Below are positions 56,804-64,000 of a stretch of DNA of 64,000 nt, in pieces (positions within the stretch are counted from its first letter, which is position 1; every line of letters starts with the position of its first letter). The notes beneath the pieces were generated by a model, which was given only the letters and a program-made list of their open reading frames with translations, did not search any database and was not told the origin of the DNA. The DNA is from an uncultured Chloroflexia bacterium. GTDB taxonomy: Bacteria > Chloroflexota > Limnocylindria > QHBO01. The position numbers and the translations under genes were made by a program. The stretch is from the NCBI GenBank assembly GCA_963825525.1, contig CAWGTN010000002.1, forward strand, positions 1,888,001-1,952,000, given 5' to 3'.

Positions 56804-57558
56804 CGGGCCGGATCGAGCTCATCGCCCTCGACGGTATCGGCGAAGTCGTCCCGGGCGACGACCTGCCCGAGCTCATCGTCGGCGCGGTCGAGGCATCCGA
56901 CCTGGTGCTCGGTGACGATGACGTGCTGGTGGTGACCCAGAAGGTCGTGTCGAAGGCGGAGGGTCGCCTGGTCGAGCTGGCATCCGTGGAGCCGTCCGAG
57001 CTTGCGCGCCGATGGGCTGAGCGCTGGGGCCGCGATCCTCGCCAGGTCGAGCTGGTCCTGCGCGAATCCGCGGCGATCATCCGCATGGCTCCCGGCGGGC
57101 TGATCATCAGCCGAACCCATCACGGCCTGGTGTGTGCCAACGCCGGCGTCGACGTCAGTAATGTCGGCGGTGGTGAGGTGGCGGCCCTGCTGCCCGTGGA
57201 TCCGGACGCGTCCGCCGTCGCCATCCGGCAGGCGGTTCAGCGCCGCATGGGCGTGCAGCCGGCGGTGATCATCAGCGACTCCTTTGGGCGGCCGTGGCGC
57301 AACGGGATCGTGAACGTGGCGATCGGGTCGGCCGGCATCGCGCCACTCCGGGACATGCGCGGTGAGCCCGACACGGGAGGAAGGCCGATGCAGGCCACGG
57401 TCATCGCCGTGGCGGATGCGCTGGCATCGGCTGCGGACCTTGCCGGCGGGAAGGTGGATCAGCGCCCCGTGGTGGTGGTGAGGGGATATGCCTTCGATCG
57501 GTCGGATGTCTCGGCCGCCGAGCTGATCATGGATCCGTCACGCGACCTCTTCCCGTAG
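56800..57558 (+). CDS. cofE: Coenzyme F420-0:L-glutamate ligase, no nitroreductase domain
   Basis: QKVVSKAEG, CANAGVDVSN, DSFGRPWR. Confidence 0.92.
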   Translation: MTGRIELIALDGIGEVVPGDDLPELIVGAVEASDLVLGDDDVLVVTQKVVSKAEGRLVELASVEPSELARRWAERWGRDPRQVELVLRESAAIIRMAPGGLIISRTHHGLVCANAGVDVSNVGGGEVAALLPVDPDASAVAIRQAVQRRMGVQPAVIISDSFGRPWRNGIVNVAIGSAGIAPLRDMRGEPDTGGRPMQATVIAVADALASAADLAGGKVDQRPVVVVRGYAFDRSDVSAAELIMDPSRDLFP

Positions 57559-57619
57559 CCACGGCGCGTTCGGCGCGAATCCTGCATCGGGGAGTGATCG
57601 TCCGCCGAGCGGACATGCC

Positions 57620-58915
57620 ATGAATGATCAGCCGTTGATTCTCGACCGATACCGTCTCATCGAGCGCATCGCCCTCGGCGGCAGCGCCGAGGTGTGGCGC
57701 GCGCATGACGCTCAGCTCGATCGCATGGTGGCCGTGAAGCGCCTCCACCCCCACTTGCTTCCGGACGAGTCTTCGCGTCTGCGCCTGGCCGCGGAGGCGC
57801 GGGCCGCCGCCAGCCTCTCGCACCCGGTCATCGTCGACGTCTACGACGTGGACGCGACCGGCGAATCCGCGGCGCTGATCATGGAGCTCGTCGACGGAGA
57901 GTCGCTCGGTGCACGCCTGGCCCGATCCGGACCGATGCCCGAACGGATGGCCGCATCGCTCGTCGCCGATCTCGCCGATGCGCTCTACCACGCCCACCAG
58001 CGAGGCGTCATCCACCGGGACGTGAAGCCCGGCAACGTGCTGATCGGGGCCGATGGCAGGACTCGCCTCGTCGATTTCGGGATTGCCCACAGCCTGGCCG
58101 CTGCGTCGGAGCGGCTGACGCTCACCGGCACGGTCATCGGGACCCCGTCCGCGATGGCTCCGGAGCAGCTGGTCGGCGGCCCGATCACGCCGCGTACCGA
58201 CCTCTACGGACTCGGCGTCGTGCTGTTCGAGGCGCTGACCGGACGACCGCCGTATCCGCCGACTCCGCCGGTTGCGCTCGCGGCTCTCCAGAGGACGGGT
58301 CCGCCGCGCCTGGACGGTGTCGATCCGCCCCTGGCGCGGGTGGCGGAGGCGTGCCTTGCGTTCGACCCGGGAGACCGGCCGCTCCACGCCGGCGCCCTTG
58401 CCACGGCCCTGCGCGAATGGCTGGCCGGTGCCGCCAGTCCGGCGAGCGGGATGGCGGTGGCCGATGTCGCCTCCGCGGTCGATGCCGCTGCCGTCACGCG
58501 GCCCGTGCAGGTGGTGCGCCCGATGCCGTCGGCCTCGCGAGCAGCGTGGCCGCGCTGGCCGTTGGTCGCCGCCGCCGCGGTCCTGGCACTGGTGTTGGTC
58601 GGATGGGTGGTGGCGGGCCTTGCGCAGCCGGGGGCCGCCGAGGTGCCCACCGCGTCCGCTTCCGCCTTGGCATCGAGCTCAATCGAGGCGAGCGCCGATG
58701 CTCCGACGGAACCGTCCTGGCTCGCGCGCCTGCAGGAGAAGATCGCAAAGCAGTGCGGTCCCGAGGCGGCCGCGGAGGCTGGCCCGCTCTTGGCGGTCAT
58801 GTCCGAGGACGAGGCGGCCAATCAGGCGACAGCCATGGCCGATGCCTGCAAGGAGGCGAAGCGCGGCAACGGGAATGGGAACGGGAACGGCAAGGGGAAC
58901 GGGGACGACGATTGA
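57620..58915 (+). CDS. Hanks-type Ser/Thr protein kinase with TM segment and Gly-Asn tail
   Basis: VAVK, HRDVKPGN, DFGIA, APE; TM helix; GNGNGNGNGKGNGDDD. Confidence 0.9.
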   Translation: MNDQPLILDRYRLIERIALGGSAEVWRAHDAQLDRMVAVKRLHPHLLPDESSRLRLAAEARAAASLSHPVIVDVYDVDATGESAALIMELVDGESLGARLARSGPMPERMAASLVADLADALYHAHQRGVIHRDVKPGNVLIGADGRTRLVDFGIAHSLAAASERLTLTGTVIGTPSAMAPEQLVGGPITPRTDLYGLGVVLFEALTGRPPYPPTPPVALAALQRTGPPRLDGVDPPLARVAEACLAFDPGDRPLHAGALATALREWLAGAASPASGMAVADVASAVDAAAVTRPVQVVRPMPSASRAAWPRWPLVAAAAVLALVLVGWVVAGLAQPGAAEVPTASASALASSSIEASADAPTEPSWLARLQEKIAKQCGPEAAAEAGPLLAVMSEDEAANQATAMADACKEAKRGNGNGNGNGKGNGDDD

Positions 58916-58942
58916 TTGGGTGCCGCAACGCGGCACGCGCCA

Positions 58943-59278
58943 TCAGTTCGGCTGGAGGAACAGTGCGACGATCTCGCCGCCCTCGACCCGGAAGTTGGCC
59001 TCGACGTGAAGGGGGTCGGCACCCGGACGCATGACAGTCACGTCCGCGATGTAGCTCGAGCCCATGTTGCGACTGTCGTTCGTGAACATGCGAAATCCGT
59101 CACCGGCACGCAGGAACCATCCGCCCACCTTGTCACGGCCGCGGAGGTTCGTTCGCTCATCGGATCCCGGCACGCTGATGCCGAGCACCGCGTTTTCGCT
59201 GAACAACGCCACCGCTTTCTCGCGGAGGTCGTCGTTGATCAGCTCCAGGAACAGGTCGACGGTTTCGGTGGCACCCAT
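58943..59278 (-). CDS. SnoaL/NTF2-like small protein
   Basis: ALFSENA, GRDKV..W, FRVEGGEIV pattern. Confidence 0.6.
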   Translation of the reverse strand: MGATETVDLFLELINDDLREKAVALFSENAVLGISVPGSDERTNLRGRDKVGGWFLRAGDGFRMFTNDSRNMGSSYIADVTVMRPGADPLHVEANFRVEGGEIVALFLQPN

Positions 59279-59371
59279 GTGGCCATCAGTCTAGCGCCGA
59301 TCCGAACGTCGCCGGTAAGGGGGCAGTAAGGGGTCGGCCGGTGGCTCGGTCGCATGCTGCGTGGGGCGGGA

Positions 59372-59392
59372 GTGTGCAAGAGACTTGCACAC
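59372..59392. promoter_or_regulatory. Perfect inverted repeat GTGTGCAAG-aga-CTTGCACAC
   Basis: 9-bp arms in the divergent intergenic region upstream of hom-asd. Confidence 0.5.
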
Positions 59393-59437
59393 CCGGTCGA
59401 GTTCGCGCTGCCCGAACATCCCCCATACTTCCCGCGT

Positions 59438-60364
59438 ATGAACGACGAACGCCTTCGCATCGGCCTCATTGGGTGGGGCACCGTCGGTTCCGCGCTCGGC
59501 GCGCTGATCCAGTCCGGGCCGTTGCCGGTGACCCTCGCGACCGTTGCGGTGCGCGACACCGGTGCGGACCGGCTCGGCCTTCCCCGGGGCGTGGATCTCG
59601 GTGGCCCCGACGCGGCGCTGCATGCAGACGTCATCGTCGAGCTCGCCGGGGGATTGGAGGGTCCCCTCGGATGGGCGCGACAGACGCTTGACCGTGGCAA
59701 GCCATACGTCACCGCAAACAAGGCCCTCCTCGCCACCCACGGACGCGAACTCGCGGAGCTCGCGGACCGACGGGTGGCAGCCCTCCTCGCCAGCGCCAGC
59801 GTTGGGGGCGGTACCCCGATGATCGAGACCACCGCTCATCTCGCCGCAACCGGCGCGGTCGAGCGGATTCGCGGCATCCTGAACGCCACGACCACGTACA
59901 TCCTGTCGGCGATGGGCGAGGGTCGAACGTACGACGAAGCATTGCGTGAGGCCCAGGAGGCCGGGTACGCCGAGGCAGACCCCAGCTTTGACGTCGACGG
60001 GCGGGATGCGGCGCAGAAGCTTGCGATCCTGGCCTCGGTCGCCTGGGGCCGATGGCGCCCGGAGACCGACGTTGAGACGCGTGGGATCGCTGGCCTCGAT
60101 GTCCAGCCGGGCGATACGGTTCGCCTCGTCGCCGAAGCCACCAAGGGCAGCCTCACCGTGAAGCCTATGGAGCTCGATCCCACTGACCCGCTGGCCCGTG
60201 CCTCTGGAATCGAGAACGTGCTCGAGATCACGGTTGCCGATGCGGGCATCTTCCGCCTGTCGGGGCCGGGTGCCGGTGGCCGGGTAACCGCGGGCGCGGT
60301 GTACGCCGACATTGCGCGGCTGGTCGCCGGAGAGCGCCCCGTCCTGTTCGGGAAGTCGTCGTGA
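59438..60364 (+). CDS. hom: Homoserine dehydrogenase (no ACT domain)
   Basis: GWGTVG, VTANK, VGGGTP, GILNATT, GYAEADP..DVDG.DAAQK, GPGAGG..TA. Confidence 0.9.
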   Translation: MNDERLRIGLIGWGTVGSALGALIQSGPLPVTLATVAVRDTGADRLGLPRGVDLGGPDAALHADVIVELAGGLEGPLGWARQTLDRGKPYVTANKALLATHGRELAELADRRVAALLASASVGGGTPMIETTAHLAATGAVERIRGILNATTTYILSAMGEGRTYDEALREAQEAGYAEADPSFDVDGRDAAQKLAILASVAWGRWRPETDVETRGIAGLDVQPGDTVRLVAEATKGSLTVKPMELDPTDPLARASGIENVLEITVADAGIFRLSGPGAGGRVTAGAVYADIARLVAGERPVLFGKSS

Positions 60365-61398
60365 CCGATCCCACCTGGCCGATCGTCGGGGTCGTCGGCG
60401 CGCGTGGCGTCGTGGGCGGGATGTTCTGCTCCATCCTGGCCGATGCCGGCCTGCCGGCCGACCGCCTTCGCCCGTTTGGCCACAGGCAAGGCACCACGCT
60501 CGTCTACCGCGGGATCGACATCCCGGTCGAGATCCTCTCCAATGAGCGGGCTGCCGAGATTGATGTGCTGTTCCTCGCGGTCGACGGACCGCAGAGCCGC
60601 GAGATCATGGCCGGAGCCGGGGCTCGCGTCCCGCTGGTCGTCGACAACTCGAGCGCCTTCCGCCTCGCCGATGACGTTCCCCTCGTGGTTCCCGAAGCGA
60701 ATGCCCACGCAGCCCGCGAACGGCAGGGCAACCTCATCGCCAACCCGAACTGCACGACCGCCGCGGTCGTCGTCCCGCTGGTGGTCATCCGCGACGTGGC
60801 GGGCCTGGCGTCGGTCGATCTGGCCTCGTACCAGGCGGTGAGCGGCGCCGGGCGCAAGGGCCTGGACGCATTCGAGGCGGAGCGCGGCACCGACCATCGC
60901 GATCGGGCCACCGACTCGCCGTTCCACGGGCGCATCGCGGACTCGGTCGTCCCGCAGATCGATGTTCTCGACGAGACCGGCTGGACCGGTGAGGAGAAGA
61001 AGATCCACGCGGAGATCCGCAAGATCCTGGAGCTGCCCGAGCTCGACGTGGCGGCGACCACCGTGCGGGTACCGGTCCACACGGGCCACTCGGTTGCGCT
61101 CCACATTCGAACGGAGCGCGATGTCACGGTCGAGGAGCTCGAGGCGGCGCTGCGCGTGGCGGCGGGACTCGAGTACCGACTCGCCGACGGCAGCCAGCGT
61201 CACCCGATGCCGCTCGACGTCGAAGGGCGCGACCCGGTCCTCGTCGGCCGCCTCCGGGCAATTCCGGGCCGCCCGCGCGGCTTCGCGCTCTGGGTGAGCA
61301 GTGACAACCTCCGCAAGGGCGCTGCGCTGAACGCTATTCAGTCTGCGGCGGCCGCCGATCCGGACCGCTTCGGGATGCTCGTCCCGCCGCCCCGGTAA
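60361..61398 (+). CDS. asd: Aspartate-semialdehyde dehydrogenase
   Basis: DNSSAFR, ANPNCTT, YQAVSGAG, VRVPV..GH, DNLRKGAALNA. Confidence 0.93.
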   Translation: MTDPTWPIVGVVGARGVVGGMFCSILADAGLPADRLRPFGHRQGTTLVYRGIDIPVEILSNERAAEIDVLFLAVDGPQSREIMAGAGARVPLVVDNSSAFRLADDVPLVVPEANAHAARERQGNLIANPNCTTAAVVVPLVVIRDVAGLASVDLASYQAVSGAGRKGLDAFEAERGTDHRDRATDSPFHGRIADSVVPQIDVLDETGWTGEEKKIHAEIRKILELPELDVAATTVRVPVHTGHSVALHIRTERDVTVEELEAALRVAAGLEYRLADGSQRHPMPLDVEGRDPVLVGRLRAIPGRPRGFALWVSSDNLRKGAALNAIQSAAAADPDRFGMLVPPPR

Positions 61399-61679
61399 GG
61401 CAGCCAGCGTGACTCAGTCATCGATGACGCAGCGGACGACCCTGAGTCGCCGCACCCGTACGCGGCTCACCTGATCGTCGACCGCCTGGCTCGACGGATC
61501 TTCCGCGCCCCCTCCGTCGATCCTGATTGGGATGCCGTCCCGTACGACCGCATCCGCGACGAGGCTCGAGCCCTGCTCGACGAGGACACCGCCGCCCGGG
61601 CGTGAGGCCGGCCGTTATGTTGTCCATGCTAACCATCGGCTAGACTTTGGCGACTGTCATCCACAGGAGCCGCCGCCGC

Positions 61680-63311
61680 ATGCCGTCCTTCACCGAGTTG
61701 ACCAACGAGTTCCTTGACGCCGAGTTCGCCGAGTCGCCGGTCCGAGCCAGCAGCCTGGGACTGACCGAGTACGACGAGCGTCTCGACGACCTGTCGGAGG
61801 CCGCATTCGCCCGGCGTCGCGCGAGTGACTCGGCCTGGCTGGAGCGATTCCGCGCGGTGCCGAATGCCGATTTGGCCTTCGACGAGCTCATCGACCGCGA
61901 CCTCGTGATCAGCATCCTGCGCGGTCGGGAGATCGTCGAGGACTTCGAGGTGTGGCGGCGGCAGCCCGATACCTACCTCAATCCCGGGATGACCGGGATC
62001 TTCACCCTCTTCCTCCATCGGCTCCGACCGACCGACGAGCTGGTGAACGCCGCGGTGGCTCGCATGCGCCTGATCCCCGGCAATCTCGAGGACGGCATGC
62101 GGAACCTGCGTTCTGACATGGTGCCGTCCATCTTCCTGGACCGGGCCGCCAACCAGGCTCGCGCCGGCGCCCGATACCTGCGCGAGATCCTTCCCGCGCA
62201 GGTGGATGATGCGCCGATGCGGACGCGTCTGGCCGAAGCGGGGGAGACGGCCGGATCGGCCTACGACGCCTACGTCACCTTCCTCGAAGAGATGCGGCCG
62301 AATGCCACCGGGGAGTGGGCCCTCGGAGAGGCGCGGTACTCCGCGTTGCTGCAGGAGAAGGAGCTGCTGAGCTTCGACGCGCGGGGGCTCCGCGATCGCG
62401 GACAGGCGGCATACGACGAGCTCGCGCAGGAGCTGAAGCGCTGCGCACTGGAGCTGCGTGGCACAGATGACTGGAAGCAGGTCCTCGACGAGCTGAACGA
62501 GGACCACCCGCGCACGCCCGAGGCGATGCGGGTCGGCTACGAGGAGTGGACCGAGAGGGCGCGCAAGTACCTCAGGGAGCATCGGCTCGTGAGCTTCCCG
62601 GAGGGCGAGGAGTGCGCCGTGGTGCCGTCACCCCCGTTCCAGCGACCGGTCCTCGCGGTCGCGTCGTACATGAGCCCGCCACCGTTCAGCGACAAGATGC
62701 TCGGCCATTTCTTCGTCCCGTTCCCGCCCGACGGCGCGCCGGAGGAGGAAATCCAGAAGCGGCTGGCGTCCAACTCGTATCCCAGCATCCCGACCACGTC
62801 GGTGCACGAGGCGTATCCGGGCCACCACTGGCACCTGGTCATGAGCAAGGCGAACCCGAGCCGGCTGCGCCAGGTGTTCCGGACGCCGTACTTCAGCGAG
62901 GGCTGGGCGCTCTACGCGGAGCGCATGATGCGCGAGCAGGGCTTCTTCACCGACCTGGCCCACGAGATGAACCAGTACGAGGCGACGATCTTCCGCGCGG
63001 CGCGCATCGTGGTCGACACGAGTCTCCACATGGGGGAGATGACCTGGGACGAGGCGGTCACGTTCATGACCACGAAGACCGGGCTGACCGAGCCGACCGC
63101 TCGGGCCGAGGTCACGCGCTACTGCGCCTGGCCGACGCAGGCGAGCTCCTACCTGACCGGCAGCCTCGAGATCGCTCGCATCCGCGAGGCGTTCTTCGCC
63201 GCCCGCGGTTCGTCGGACACCGATGCGCTGCGCGCCTTCCACGACGGCATCACATCCTCCGGCGGACTGCCGATTGCCCTCGCCGAGCGCGCGGTGATGG
63301 CCCTGGCCTGA
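61680..63311 (+). CDS. DUF885 family putative metallopeptidase
   Basis: HEAYPGHH, EGWALYAE, RAARIVVD, PTQA.SY. Confidence 0.85.
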   Translation: MPSFTELTNEFLDAEFAESPVRASSLGLTEYDERLDDLSEAAFARRRASDSAWLERFRAVPNADLAFDELIDRDLVISILRGREIVEDFEVWRRQPDTYLNPGMTGIFTLFLHRLRPTDELVNAAVARMRLIPGNLEDGMRNLRSDMVPSIFLDRAANQARAGARYLREILPAQVDDAPMRTRLAEAGETAGSAYDAYVTFLEEMRPNATGEWALGEARYSALLQEKELLSFDARGLRDRGQAAYDELAQELKRCALELRGTDDWKQVLDELNEDHPRTPEAMRVGYEEWTERARKYLREHRLVSFPEGEECAVVPSPPFQRPVLAVASYMSPPPFSDKMLGHFFVPFPPDGAPEEEIQKRLASNSYPSIPTTSVHEAYPGHHWHLVMSKANPSRLRQVFRTPYFSEGWALYAERMMREQGFFTDLAHEMNQYEATIFRAARIVVDTSLHMGEMTWDEAVTFMTTKTGLTEPTARAEVTRYCAWPTQASSYLTGSLEIARIREAFFAARGSSDTDALRAFHDGITSSGGLPIALAERAVMALA

Positions 63312-63389
63312 CGGCCGAACGTTTCGCGTCCCGTTGCGCGCGTGGTTCGGGTCTCGTTGCGCGTCGCCTCCGTTTGACAACTGCGTGCC

Positions 63390-63533
63390 TGGTTCGCGTT
63401 AGCAGGCTGAAACGGTGTCTCTGGGCGCATCCTCGAGCGTGAGCGCGTGGCCTGAATCGGCTCAACGCCGGCTAATGCGAACCACAACAGCGGTTGGCGA
63501 GTCGAAGCTGTTCGTCTGGTCATACGCGAACCA
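63390..63533. repeat. REP-like inverted repeat element
   Basis: TGGTTCGCGTTAGC (63390) pairs with GCTAATGCGAACCA (63471); partial copy ACGCGAACCA at 63524. Confidence 0.5.
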
Positions 63534-63536
63534 CCC

Positions 63537-63592
63537 ACGCACAACGCGGAACGCACAACGCGGAACGCAGAACGCACACCACGGAACCTGGA
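63537..63592. repeat. Degenerate heptamer tandem repeat (ACGCACA/ACGCGGA), about 8 units
   Basis: acgcaca acgcgga acgcaca acgcgga acgcaga acgcaca ccacgga acctgga. Confidence 0.75.
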
Positions 63593-63600
63593 ACCGCGGG

Positions 63601-64000
63601 TCAGCCGGGGAGCGTGTGGTCGCGCACCTCGTCCAGCACGCAGCGACCGCCGATTTCAACGAACCCGCCGGACACGGGCCGGCTGAACAGGACGGATCCG
63701 CGGCCCTGGTGGATTTCGATCGGGCGGCCGACGCGACTGCCGAGAACGACGGCCGCCGCCCCGGTCGCTTCGTCCTCGCCGATGCCGAGGTCGGGAACGA
63801 AGTATCGGCTTCGTACCGTCCCAGCCGCCTCGTCGATCCAGGCCCACGGGTAGTAGGAGCCGCTCCCGGCCGGCGCTCCCCGCATCGCGTCGACGTCAGC
63901 GGGCGTCGCCAGTTGCTCCATCTGAATGGGATGGACCCACTCGGGGTGGCCACGGATCCAGCGCAGCTCGCCGTCCTGCCACGTGGCGACCTCGCCGGCG
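63601..64000 (-). CDS. PhzF-family isomerase/epimerase, 5'-truncated by the window
   Basis: Frame is open to the window edge; SRYF, GIGEDEATG, IHQG, VEIGG motifs. Confidence 0.8.
   Translation of the reverse strand, partial: AGEVATWQDGELRWIRGHPEWVHPIQMEQLATPADVDAMRGAPAGSGSYYPWAWIDEAAGTVRSRYFVPDLGIGEDEATGAAAVVLGSRVGRPIEIHQGRGSVLFSRPVSGGFVEIGGRCVLDEVRDHTLPG

Noticed and set aside
61418-61636. Small gene between asd and the DUF885 gene
   Set aside because: Arg/Gly-rich translation with no motif; cannot be supported from sequence alone.

Overview
High-GC, gene-dense bacterial chromosomal segment with about 55 CDSs. No rRNA, tRNA, CRISPR array or transposase was recognised. Gene content (F420 cof genes, split pntA, cyclase-STAND protein, many leaderless-type starts) suggests a Chloroflexota- or Actinobacteria-like organism (inference only). 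Main modules: (1) a thiol-redox cassette at 1-5.2 kb (two divergent flavoprotein disulfide reductases, TlpA-like lipoprotein, CcdA, NAD(P)HX epimerase, CRP/FNR regulator) with CRP-like boxes placed at the class II -41.5 position; (2) a receiver-TrxB-like fusion with a cNMP-domain histidine kinase, near an adenylate cyclase-STAND protein; (3) ABC exporters, transhydrogenase and antiporters; (4) a second TlpA-CcdA pair with an OmpR-type two-component system, lying inside an NMT1/THI5-type ABC operon; (5) a heliorhodopsin divergent from an RCK channel with a non-canonical filter and followed by an FGLLP-motif membrane protein; (6) a dispersed reductive pyrimidine-type catabolic set with an F420-dependent LLM enzyme, plus cofD-cofC-cofE; (7) hom-asd and a DUF885 protein. 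Seven apparent single-base insertions break or fuse genes and look like sequencing or assembly errors. All calls come from reading motifs by eye; no database search was run.
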